Shown here: in pieces, positions 1 through 8,971 of the stretch
Position numbering within the stretch: position 1 is the first letter of the stretch
Layout: every line of letters begins with the position of its first letter
Assembly (NCBI GenBank): GCA_963921275.4
Contig: OZ001293.3
Location: 4,000,001 to 4,064,000 of the forward strand
Length of the DNA stretch: 64,000 nucleotides
Direction of reading: 5' to 3'
Origin: an uncultured Hormoscilla sp.
Lineage (GTDB): Bacteria; Cyanobacteriota; Cyanobacteriia; Cyanobacteriales; Desertifilaceae
Program-made: the position numbers and the translations under genes
Notes under the pieces: generated by a model
Database searches by the model: none
What the model was told of the DNA's origin: nothing
Seen by the model: the letters and a program-made list of their open reading frames with translations, nothing else

Positions 1-1281
1 GTAGCCTCAGCTATAGGTCAAAGTGGTTTCAGTAGCGGATTTGACCATTTCACCCAGTTCGGTCAATTTGAAGGACGAGATCCCAGTGCCATTTTCGATA
101 CTAGCTATTATCTGGATACCTACCAAGATGTAGCTGACGCTGTTGAACAAAACATCATTACGGCTTTTGCACATTTTATCGAGTTCGGTCAATTTGAAGG
201 ACGGGATCCCAGTGCCGCTTTCGATACTGGGTATTATCTGGACCTTCACCAGGACGTAGCTAATGCGATCGCCCGAGACGAACTGACAGGAATTGAACAT
301 TTTCTCAACTTCGGGATCGAAAAAGAACGCCAATTTTCGCCCTTTGTTGACCTGAATTTATATCGTGCGGTTAACCCGGACTTGGCTATTTTTAATTATT
401 CTCAGGCTTTTGACCATCTGGTGAGTTTTGGCATTGACGAAGGACGCCAATTTACCCCAACTTTATTCGACACCGTGGATAGCTTCAGCACAATTATTAC
501 CACCAATGGCAATCCTGCTGATGTCTACTATCCTAACTCATCGTCACAGGATCAGGTCAGGGCAGAGTTCCCACTCGCCTTGCTGTTGCCAGGGGGATTG
601 GTGGATAAATCGCAATATGAAAAATTTGTCAACATTGTGGCCAGCTATGGATTTGTGGTAGTCGTGCCCAATAACGAGCGATCGCTCCCACAATTCGACT
701 TTGAAGGATTCCTGTCGGAGGCATCAGAAATCAACGACACCCTGGAGTACATAGTAGCAGAAAACGCCAACCCCGCTTCGCCCATCGCGGGGATTGTCGA
801 TACCCAAAAACTAGTCTTGCAGGGTCATTCTAATGGGGGTGCTGTAGGTCTCACTGCCATTGGCGGTTTGTGCAATTTTCCCTTGTGTTCTGGCGATTTT
901 ACCCTCCCGAATGAAGTTGTAGCCTCCGCCTTCTATGGCACCAATTCATTAAACCCGGAAACTGGAGAGTTCTTGGAGATATCCAATGGGGGAATTCCCA
1001 TTGCCCTGGTGTCGGGAAGTCTGGAGGGGGTGGCGACTCCCGAGGAAGCCCAAGACACATTTGCACAGATATCTGATCCGCCCAAAGCATTGATTACCAT
1101 TTTTGGTGCTAATCACTTTGGCATTACCGATGAGAATAACCCTCGGGGTGCCAGACCAGATCTGAATCAAGCAACTCTGGCACAAGATCAATGCCAGTGC
1201 GATCACTCAACCCTAGAACCTCGGTCCAGAAACCGGGTTTCTCTGGTCACAGGGAAAATATCTCGTCGATCACTACAGTAG
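1..1281 (+). CDS. 5'-partial protein: tandem FDxxYYL-DVA-HF-FG-EGR repeats fused to a chlorophyllase-like alpha/beta hydrolase; C-terminus probably truncated by a palindromic repeat
   Basis: Frame 1 is open from base 1 (VASAIGQSGFSSGFDHFTQFGQFEGRDPSAIFDTSYYLDTYQDVADAV...) into the 382..1281 ORF. Nucleophile elbow GHSNGG and GANHFG His motif are present. The last ~25 codons run into the AGAAACCGGGTTTCT repeat. Confidence 0.7.
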   Translation, partial: VASAIGQSGFSSGFDHFTQFGQFEGRDPSAIFDTSYYLDTYQDVADAVEQNIITAFAHFIEFGQFEGRDPSAAFDTGYYLDLHQDVANAIARDELTGIEHFLNFGIEKERQFSPFVDLNLYRAVNPDLAIFNYSQAFDHLVSFGIDEGRQFTPTLFDTVDSFSTIITTNGNPADVYYPNSSSQDQVRAEFPLALLLPGGLVDKSQYEKFVNIVASYGFVVVVPNNERSLPQFDFEGFLSEASEINDTLEYIVAENANPASPIAGIVDTQKLVLQGHSNGGAVGLTAIGGLCNFPLCSGDFTLPNEVVASAFYGTNSLNPETGEFLEISNGGIPIALVSGSLEGVATPEEAQDTFAQISDPPKALITIFGANHFGITDENNPRGARPDLNQATLAQDQCQCDHSTLEPRSRNRVSLVTGKISRRSLQ

Positions 1282-1315
1282 AAACCCAGTTTCTAGCTTC
1301 TACTTTACCGATGTC

Positions 1316-2299
1316 TTAGGATGCACTAACATAATTAGCCAGAAAAGCTTCTACCTCAGCAGCCGTGGGCTGAGATGCGATCGCCCCCGGCTGCATGGCA
1401 GTCAAGACCCCCACAGCGCAGGCATAGGTAATCACATCGGATGCAGTCTGGGAGTCCTTTAAGCATTGAATGCCCCGGAGACACAGTTGATGAATGAAAC
1501 CTGCCGTAAAACCATCCCCCGCCCCCGTCGTATCTCGAACATCCACAGAGAAAACAGATACCTTCCCTTCATTTCCTCCCAGACAGTAGGAAACATCCCG
1601 ATCGCCCGCCGTCACTACAACTCCATCAACATTATCAAGCTTATATTCGATCGCACCCGCATCCTGGGTGCCAAAGAGGAAGTCCGCTTCTTCATCAGAT
1701 ATTTTCAGAAAATCAACTTTCTTTAACAATGCTTTAATCCGTTGTTTGGCATCTTCATAGTTAGACCAAAACACGGGACGCCAATTTACATCTACCATAA
1801 TCTTAACATCGTACTGTTCTGCTAGCCCAATTGCTTTTTCAATGGCTGCCCGCGTTTCCGGATAGGCAAGTTCAAGGGTCCCTAATACCAGAAAATCAGC
1901 ATCAGCAAATAAAGATACGGGAATGTCGTTGGCCTGCAAGTAGGCGTCGGCAAAATCAGTAGTCGGGATCTCCCCAAACTCCGCAAAGGTGCGATCGCTC
2001 GACTCCGAACGCACCACATAAACCTGGCGCGTGGGTGCTGTCGGATGGCGCTGCACCCCTGTAACATCCACTCCCACATCTTGTAATAGTTGCACCAGAG
2101 AATTTCCTGGTTCGTCTACGCCTACAGAACCAATAAACCCAGATGATGTCCCCAACTTTACCAACGCACAGGCCACATTAGCTGGTGCGCCTCCGGGATA
2201 AGGAATCCAAGACTGCACCTGTTCTAGGGGCAGTCCGAGTCGATCCGCTAACAGATCGAATAATATTTCACCCAAACACAGAACACGGGGATTCGTCAT
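1316..2299 (-). CDS. PfkB-family carbohydrate kinase (fructokinase-like)
   Basis: GGAPANVA, DVNWRP and DTTGAGDGF PfkB signatures. Likely start is MTNPRV at 2299. Confidence 0.9.
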   Translation of the reverse strand: MTNPRVLCLGEILFDLLADRLGLPLEQVQSWIPYPGGAPANVACALVKLGTSSGFIGSVGVDEPGNSLVQLLQDVGVDVTGVQRHPTAPTRQVYVVRSESSDRTFAEFGEIPTTDFADAYLQANDIPVSLFADADFLVLGTLELAYPETRAAIEKAIGLAEQYDVKIMVDVNWRPVFWSNYEDAKQRIKALLKKVDFLKISDEEADFLFGTQDAGAIEYKLDNVDGVVVTAGDRDVSYCLGGNEGKVSVFSVDVRDTTGAGDGFTAGFIHQLCLRGIQCLKDSQTASDVITYACAVGVLTAMQPGAIASQPTAAEVEAFLANYVSAS

Positions 2300-2656
2300 A
2301 GCACCATTTGCTGAGGTTACCAACTTTACATTATCAAGCATGGATCATTTGTGGCATCATTATTTATTGGATAGCCAGTCAAATTTCGCCTCCATTACTA
2401 CCCCTGCTATATATTTTACCGCTCCCTTAATATCATGTCGGTTTAGTTAATCCTAATTCACCTCAGTCTTTTCCCCTTGATAGCCTTAAAGCAACTCTGT
2501 TCGGTGACGGAACTACTCAATTATACCGTGGAATAACTCAGTTCCGTCTTATAATATTTTGCTACCGCCTGGGGGTAACTTTATCCCGCCAAAGATAGAT
2601 TTAATTTTGCTTTGAGCAAATTTTTTATCTTAAAAGCGAAACTGCCTCTGGCCACA

Positions 2657-2793
2657 GAATGACTGAGTCCCTCCCGGGAATGACTCAGCTACTCCAAGGA
2701 ATGACTGAGTCACTCCACCGAATAACTCAGTTACTTTGGAATAACTGAGTTACTCCACGGAATGACTGAGTCACTCCAGGACATGAATTATTC
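2657..2793. repeat. Degenerate ~21-bp tandem repeat (GAATGACTGAGTCACTCCANG), about 6 units
   Basis: Units read directly, with no unique spacers between them. Confidence 0.8.
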
Positions 2794-3018
2794 TAGATTA
2801 CTAAATATTTGCTACCGATGTAGAGCCAGAAACTCTCTGCCAGAGGGAGTTTCCGAATTATTTAATCTAAAACTCAAATCCTGGCATGGGCAGGAATTAG
2901 CCGGCGCTTAACTGCATTCCCTGCCGCCAGAGCAGTTTCATTGCATTTTACTTCCCACTGCGAACCTGGCCATTTTGGAACTAGACCAGCAGGCTGCATT
3001 GGCAGGGAAAGCGGCACT

Positions 3019-3265
3019 CTAGGCAGTTGCCGCGACCACCCGATCGCGTCCTGCCTTTTTGGCCCGATAAAGGGCCGGCTGCCCGGAGCAGCGCCTCTGC
3101 CGTCAAACCATGTTCTGGAAAACAAGCTACTCCCATAGACACTGTAATCTTACCGAGAGGCTGACCGAGATGGCCTCGAGTACCGGAGTGGATGGGGCCA
3201 CCGTCAGGGGATGAGCGTCAATGGCAGCTTGTAAGGATAGGGAAGAAATGGGCGGGTAGTTGCAT
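3019..3265 (-). pseudogene. Internally deleted CBS...GGDEF (diguanylate cyclase) gene remnant
   Basis: Minus strand gives QAAIDAHPLTVAPSTPVLEAI (CBS start) joined to GQPLGKITVSMGVACFPEHGLTAEALLRAA/ALYRAKKAGRDRVV* (GGDEF end), with frameshifts. Confidence 0.7.
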
Positions 3266-3291
3266 AGCCAAGCCTAGCCTGATATTATCTA

Positions 3292-4303
3292 ACCTAAGTT
3301 GCGACCTATTAAAAAAAATATGAATTACCCACTTAGACTTTACAGATATTTGGAATATTTCGTAGCTTTTGATACAAAATTATATTTTTTTTGTGCTACA
3401 CGGCGGGTTGGCTGTTTACAGGTTATAATGTACTAAAATAATAGTTAATTGCTGGGGGATGTAGATGATGGAAGATATGATTACAACAATTTTTGTTCTT
3501 TGTGACGAGCTACTAAAAGCGTTAAATATAAAAGAAGATCCACAAGTAAAAATGAACAATGCCGAAGTGATGACAGTCGGATTAGTTGCTGCATATTTTT
3601 TCGGAGGACACCACGATCGCTCTTGTCAATTTATGGTCCAACACAAGTATATAAAAAATCTGTTAAGTAAAAGTAGGTTCAATCGTCGATTACACAATAT
3701 TGAGGAACCAATTTGGATGTTTTTCTTCCAAGTTATAGCTCAAACATTTAAAGAGCTCAATCCGGGTCAAGAATATATTCTTGATAGTTTCCCGGTGCCA
3801 GTATGTGATAATATTAGGATTGATAGATGCCAAATTTATAACAAGGAAGAATATCGAGGGTATATTGCCAGTAAAAAACGTTATTTTTATGGATTAAGAG
3901 TTCATATGTTGGTAAACAAAAATGGAAAGCCAATAGAATTTTATCTAGATCCTGGTAGTTATAATGATTTTAAAGTTTTGCAATCTTTTGGCTTTGACTT
4001 ACCATCAAATTCAATAGTTTATGGAGATAAAGCTTATAATGATTATCAATTAGAGGATTTACTAAAAGAGTCGTCAAGTATAATGTTAAAACCTTTGCGA
4101 AAAAAGAACTCAAAAAGAAAAGAATATTCTTGTTTTGAATATATACAAAAAGTAACAAGAAAACAAGTTGAAACCTGTTTTAGTCGAATCACCAATTTGT
4201 TTCCCAAGTCAATTCATGCTGTTACATCTAAGGGATTAGAGTTGAAAATAATTCTCTTTATCATAGCTTTTTGTATCCAATTTTTATAGGTCGCAACTTG
4301 AGT
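3292..4303 (+). mobile_element. IS982-family insertion sequence, apparently intact
   Basis: TIRs ACCTAAGTTGCGACCTAT / ATAGGTCGCAACTTGAGT. 6-bp target duplication TATCTA at 3286-3291 and 4304-4309. Confidence 0.92.
3465..4289 (+). CDS. IS982-family DDE transposase
   Basis: SRFNRR, LDSFPVPVC, GY...KKRYFYG, GDKAY and RKQVETCFS motifs. Confidence 0.92.
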   Translation: MMEDMITTIFVLCDELLKALNIKEDPQVKMNNAEVMTVGLVAAYFFGGHHDRSCQFMVQHKYIKNLLSKSRFNRRLHNIEEPIWMFFFQVIAQTFKELNPGQEYILDSFPVPVCDNIRIDRCQIYNKEEYRGYIASKKRYFYGLRVHMLVNKNGKPIEFYLDPGSYNDFKVLQSFGFDLPSNSIVYGDKAYNDYQLEDLLKESSSIMLKPLRKKNSKRKEYSCFEYIQKVTRKQVETCFSRITNLFPKSIHAVTSKGLELKIILFIIAFCIQFL

Positions 4304-4534
4304 TATCTATCTACATTATCTCTTGCACCCGGACCCTACAGGATGTGGCGATCCCCATTGGCACGATCTTCAACCTATAGCACATGTCTGATATCACCCC
4401 CACCGCCGCGATCGCCCCGGTCAAATCAGCTCAAGAATTTGCAAAATTGGACAATAGCTGCAAAAAACAGATCCAATTAAATATAATTGCCTATAGAATG
4501 TAAGATAGGTAGATATACAGAGATGAGAAGTAAT

Positions 4535-4813
4535 ATGGCTGGTGGCAGGAAAAAACCAGTGTCTCTCTCAGAAATAGAACTGCAAGTGCTCGAACTGGTG
4601 GCAGCGGGCTTGACAAATCAGAATGTTGCGGAAAAATTGGAAATCAGCAAACGGACTGTGGATAACCATGTCAGCAATATTTTGACGAAGACAGCGACGG
4701 GAAACCGGGTGGAGTTGGTGCGATGGGCAATGAAATGGGGTAAAGTATGCATTGATGAGGTAAATTGCTGTAGCATACAACCTCAATCAACTGATGAGGA
4801 GGTGGTAACATGA
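4535..4813 (+). CDS. pedR: Small LuxR-type HTH regulator, PedR-like
   Basis: LuxR HTH (GLTNQNVAEKLEISKRTVDNHVSNIL) and the C-terminal WGKVCIDEVNCC motif typical of cyanobacterial PedR. Confidence 0.78.
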   Translation: MAGGRKKPVSLSEIELQVLELVAAGLTNQNVAEKLEISKRTVDNHVSNILTKTATGNRVELVRWAMKWGKVCIDEVNCCSIQPQSTDEEVVT

Positions 4814-5112
4814 GTCAGGTGAGCAAACAGAGAATAGCGATTGCGCTGCGCGCACGCTACGCAAATGGCTGCCCTTCGATGCCATTGGCAGTATACCGGG
4901 AAGTAGCCGCTCACTTGCGACAAGTAAAAGGGGTGTATGCTGGCGAAATAGGGCAGCAGTCGAGAGAATTTGATTATAGCAACTCTCAAGTGGGGGGCTT
5001 GTTAATTGAGTATGCTCCTCAAGCTGACCGGAAGAGTAAGGTAGAATTGGAGCAAATTCTGGCATACTATAGCGATCGCTATGGTGCCTGGGAAGTAAGG
5101 CCAGCGGAATAA
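4810..5112 (+). CDS. Conserved cyanobacterial hypothetical protein, translationally coupled to pedR
   Basis: ATGA overlap with pedR. LAVYREVAAHLRQV and FDYSNSQVGGL motifs. Confidence 0.7.
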   Translation: MSQVSKQRIAIALRARYANGCPSMPLAVYREVAAHLRQVKGVYAGEIGQQSREFDYSNSQVGGLLIEYAPQADRKSKVELEQILAYYSDRYGAWEVRPAE

Positions 5113-6434
5113 TGGGAGAAATACAAGCGTTACGGGGAACCAGGGATATTCTACCGGATGAGGTAGGCTATTGGCAGCTAGTAGAAGCAAGGGCACGAGA
5201 AATTCTAGATCGATCGGCCTATAGGGAAATCCGGACGCCGATTTTCGAGCAGACGGAACTATTCGCACGGGGTATCGGAGAAGCGACGGATGTGGTCGGA
5301 AAGGAAATGTATAGCTTCCCCGATAGAAAAGGGCGATCGATTACCCTGCGCCCGGAAAATACGGCTGGGGTAGTCCGGGCTTTGATAGAACAGAAGCTTT
5401 ATGCCTCCGGTGGGGTCCAGCGTCTGTGGTACATAGGCCCGATGTTCCGCTACGAACGCCCCCAAGCAGGACGACAGCGACAATTTCATCAGCTGGGATT
5501 AGAAGCGATCGGGAGTTCGGACCCCAGGGCGGATGCCGAGGCGATCGCGATCGCCTCGGAAATCCTGCAAAGTTTGGGTCTGGTGCAACTGCGTTTGGAG
5601 ATTAACTCGGTCGGGAATATAAAAGATAGACAGGGATATCGCCAAGCCTTGGTAGAGTATTTGACGCCTTACTTCGATGAGTTAGACCCAGACTCCCAAG
5701 ATCGATTGACCCGCAATCCCCTGCGGATCCTGGATAGTAAGGATAAACGCACTCAAGAAATTGCTGCTGATGCGCCGAGTATCTTGGACTATCTGGGACC
5801 GGAGTCTCAGGGGCATTTTGAGATGGTGCAGCAGTTGTTGAGCAGCTTAAACATTAGCTACCAGCTTAATCCGCGCTTGGTGCGGGGCCTAGACTACTAT
5901 ACTCACACCGCTTTTGAAATTATATCGGATGATTTGGGCGCTCAAGCAACAGTCTGTGGAGGCGGGCGCTATGATGGATTGGTAGCAGAACTGTCGGGTC
6001 CCCAGACGCCAGCGGTGGGGTGGGCGATGGGTCTAGAACGTCTGATCGTCCTCTTGCAGCAGTTGCAAACATCTCCCCGAATAGCCTCGCTGGATTTTTA
6101 TCTAGTTTCCCGAGGCGATCGGGCCCAGATGCAATCGCTCAAACTGGCTCAAACTCTGCGAAAAGCCGGGTTTGCAGTCGAGTTAGACTTGAGTGGATCG
6201 GCCTTTAAGAAGCAGTTTGCACGGGCGGACAGGAGTGAGGCAGTGGCCTGCTTGATTCTGGGAGAGACAGAGGCCGAAGGTGAAAGGGTGCAGTTAAAGT
6301 GGATGGCATCTACGGAGCAGGAGGAACTCAATCAAGCAGATTTGCTATCGGAAAAGTTGCGCGACCAGATTGACGCAATCAAAGCATCTGTGTCCCCCGG
6401 GACACAGCGGGAACAACATCAACTGGGTAAGTGA
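5112..6434 (+). CDS. hisS: Histidine--tRNA ligase
   Basis: RGTRD, LRPENTA, FRYERPQAGRQRQFHQ, RGLDYY and GGGRYDGL motifs. Confidence 0.98.
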   Translation: MGEIQALRGTRDILPDEVGYWQLVEARAREILDRSAYREIRTPIFEQTELFARGIGEATDVVGKEMYSFPDRKGRSITLRPENTAGVVRALIEQKLYASGGVQRLWYIGPMFRYERPQAGRQRQFHQLGLEAIGSSDPRADAEAIAIASEILQSLGLVQLRLEINSVGNIKDRQGYRQALVEYLTPYFDELDPDSQDRLTRNPLRILDSKDKRTQEIAADAPSILDYLGPESQGHFEMVQQLLSSLNISYQLNPRLVRGLDYYTHTAFEIISDDLGAQATVCGGGRYDGLVAELSGPQTPAVGWAMGLERLIVLLQQLQTSPRIASLDFYLVSRGDRAQMQSLKLAQTLRKAGFAVELDLSGSAFKKQFARADRSEAVACLILGETEAEGERVQLKWMASTEQEELNQADLLSEKLRDQIDAIKASVSPGTQREQHQLGK

Positions 6435-6487
6435 CATTAACTCTTGCCTCAGGGAGATTTTACCATTAGAAAAGTAGGGCTAGAATC

Positions 6488-7972
6488 ATGCCGCTAATAC
6501 CAGGTTACTTAATTGTGCTGACGATCGTCCTGGTGGTATTGCCATCAGTAGCGGCGATCTTCTTGCGTTTGGGTCTTTATGCTCATCTGGGAAGCCAAGG
6601 CAGACAGGTGAGAAGGCTACTGCACGGCCAGTCAAATGGAAAAAAACCAAGAATTATAGAATATCTGGAAAAAAGGTTTGCTGATGCAGTGGTCAAATTG
6701 GACCAGGTGAATACGGGGGCGTTGATAGATCAAGTATACAGCCGCGAGAAGGTAGGTTTTCTATCCTGCGAAAAAATTGAAAACATCTGCCGGATCCTGC
6801 CCAACTTACTGCTATCCTTCGGCTTGCTGGGGACTTTTATCGGGATCACGATTAATCTCTGGTCCCTAAGTGAAACGGTCAGTCAAACTCAGGCGATCGA
6901 TGTGGGGAGTTTGCTGCGAGAATTACAAACGCCGCTACAAGGAATGGGCATTGCTTTCACGACAAGCTTGGCGGCAATATTCTTCAGTGCGCTGTTAAGG
7001 ATAGTGAACATGCTGTTGAATACGATCCTAGCTAAGTACCGCCTGATCAGTGCTGTAGAGGATTATCTAGATAATGTCTATCTGCCGACATTAGAGGGTG
7101 AAACGAGGCTGGATAAAATAGTTAAGGGGATGACAACATCATTTGATGGCTTCTTAATGAGATTTGGTCAAGCGGTGCGGGAGGCGGTGCAATCTTCTCT
7201 GCAAGACAAGCTGCAAGAAATTTTTGATGCCAATAGAAAAGCGAGTCAGTTGGCGGAACTGGTCTACGCGAGATTGGCCCAAAGTTCGGGCACGATCGCT
7301 AAAAGTGCCGATGAATTTCAAAGGGCGGCAGACCGGTTTATAGAAGTGGCTCAAACCTTGGAGAACAGCCAGTTTCCCCGGAAGTTAGCAAGTGTAACAT
7401 CGGACTTGGCGAGCACGCAAAGGAATTTTTCCCAGTCGGCGTCGGTGTTGGTGGAATCAGTGCAAGTGATTGAAACGGCAGTGGCGGAAATGCATAGTTA
7501 TAGTAAAAACTTGGCTAAGCTGGGAGAACAAATTAACAGTAGCAATCAAATGTCAGGACAACTGCTAGAGTCCCATCAAAGGAATCAGCAATCTTTTGGT
7601 GAGATGATTCCGGAACTTCAGGAAGGAACTCGTGGCTTCCAGTCGGCGGTGAAAGCATTTGAAAGGCTACAAAAACAGGCGAGCGCGCGAGAAGAGACGG
7701 TTTCGGAGGTGCAAGCAGAACTGACGAAGTTGGTGGAGAATCTGAATAACTATACAGAGGGTGTAAATAGAGGCATTCAGAATTTGGGCGAACGGTTTGC
7801 CGAAAGCCTGAGTAACCAAACCTACAATAACGATGCCCAGTTTAAGTTGGTGGTGAAAAATCTGCAACAATCTATCAATTATCTGAATGAAGCGAAACAT
7901 GAAATGACGCGGATGCGGCAGGTGCTAGAAAAGCAGAAAGGGGGTGAGATAGCAGATAAGGTAAACCAGTGA
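6488..7972 (+). CDS. ZorA/MotA-like ion-channel subunit with a long C-terminal coiled-coil tail
   Basis: N-terminal TM helix. MotA/ExbB-type LPNLLLSFGLLGTFIGI and LQGMGIAFTTSL helices. About 300 aa of heptad-rich helical tail follows. Confidence 0.8.
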   Translation: MPLIPGYLIVLTIVLVVLPSVAAIFLRLGLYAHLGSQGRQVRRLLHGQSNGKKPRIIEYLEKRFADAVVKLDQVNTGALIDQVYSREKVGFLSCEKIENICRILPNLLLSFGLLGTFIGITINLWSLSETVSQTQAIDVGSLLRELQTPLQGMGIAFTTSLAAIFFSALLRIVNMLLNTILAKYRLISAVEDYLDNVYLPTLEGETRLDKIVKGMTTSFDGFLMRFGQAVREAVQSSLQDKLQEIFDANRKASQLAELVYARLAQSSGTIAKSADEFQRAADRFIEVAQTLENSQFPRKLASVTSDLASTQRNFSQSASVLVESVQVIETAVAEMHSYSKNLAKLGEQINSSNQMSGQLLESHQRNQQSFGEMIPELQEGTRGFQSAVKAFERLQKQASAREETVSEVQAELTKLVENLNNYTEGVNRGIQNLGERFAESLSNQTYNNDAQFKLVVKNLQQSINYLNEAKHEMTRMRQVLEKQKGGEIADKVNQ

Positions 7973-8008
7973 GGATGGTAGAAGTAGCGTCATAAGGGGT
8001 TGTGGAAT

Positions 8009-8836
8009 ATGCGTCGTCGATCGCAAGTGATAGAATCGTCGGAGGAGCTAAACATATGGCCAGCGTTCACAGACTTGATGTCTAACGCCTTCATGATTCT
8101 GAGTCTGCTATTGCTGCTGGCCCTAGTGAAATCGGTGTTCTTGAAGTCAGTCTCGGAGGCGACGGCAAGTCGTTCGAGAGAGTTAGAGGAACAGATTGTC
8201 AAGTTAGAGGAGGAGTTGCGACAACGGTCAAATATAATTACGGGACTAGAGGAGGAGGTAACGGGACTAGAGGGAACGGTTGCCAGTTTACAGAATGACT
8301 TGGGGAAAAAGACAACTATAATTACAGAACTAGAGGGGGATGTGGAACGGTTAAAATCGCCGCCCGTAATCGTGATTAGAGATTCCAAGGAACGGAAATT
8401 TGAATCGGGGAGTGCAGAATTATCTTCAGGGTTAGTTAGCTTTATCAAGCAGGATTTGGTCAAGCAAATTGAATCTGAGGCCAAGAACTATCAAGGCTAT
8501 GTGGTCGAGGTGATTGGTCATACGGATGGTCAGGTGAATCAAGGGCGATCGAGCAATCTGGATCTAATCTTAGAAAAGGTAGCTACGGGCAGTCAACCGG
8601 TAAGCAATCTCAGACCGGGTTCTAATGCGGATTTGGGTTTGATGCGGGCCTTGGCAGTGGTGCAGGAACTTCAGAAAGATGAGCGTTTAAAGAAAATGGG
8701 GTTAAAGTTTCGGGCTTATTCGGCGGCACAATTGTACCTGCCCCAGAATAAAGGCTACTCCCCAACGAATCGGAATCCAGATCAAAGCAGGCGCAGGATT
8801 GAAATTCGCTTCTCTCCAGCAGCTGTGGAAAGGTAA
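8009..8836 (+). CDS. ZorB/MotB-like subunit with an OmpA-like peptidoglycan-binding domain
   Basis: NIWPAFTDLMS TM motif with the conserved Asp, a coiled coil, and FESGSAEL, GHTD, NADLGLMRA and RRIEI OmpA-like motifs. Confidence 0.85.
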   Translation: MRRRSQVIESSEELNIWPAFTDLMSNAFMILSLLLLLALVKSVFLKSVSEATASRSRELEEQIVKLEEELRQRSNIITGLEEEVTGLEGTVASLQNDLGKKTTIITELEGDVERLKSPPVIVIRDSKERKFESGSAELSSGLVSFIKQDLVKQIESEAKNYQGYVVEVIGHTDGQVNQGRSSNLDLILEKVATGSQPVSNLRPGSNADLGLMRALAVVQELQKDERLKKMGLKFRAYSAAQLYLPQNKGYSPTNRNPDQSRRRIEIRFSPAAVER

Positions 8837-8971
8837 AGCGCAGCGTGTAGGGCAGGCGGATCGCCTGCCCGAGATAGACGTGGGGCCAATACCTCTCGGT
8901 TAAACCAGGACGTGAGATCGGAATTTTGTGAATATAGAATAGGTGAAAATAGTTGTTGAAGAGGCTGTTAG

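Noticed and set aside
7..333. 108-aa minus-strand ORF with an internal repeat
   Set aside because: It is the antisense shadow of the repeat-containing plus-strand gene that is open from base 1.
6488..8836. Flagellar stator motAB or TolQR/ExbBD
   Set aside because: There are no flagellar or TonB/Tol genes nearby and cyanobacteria lack flagella. The long cytoplasmic tail with an OmpA-like partner fits ZorAB better.
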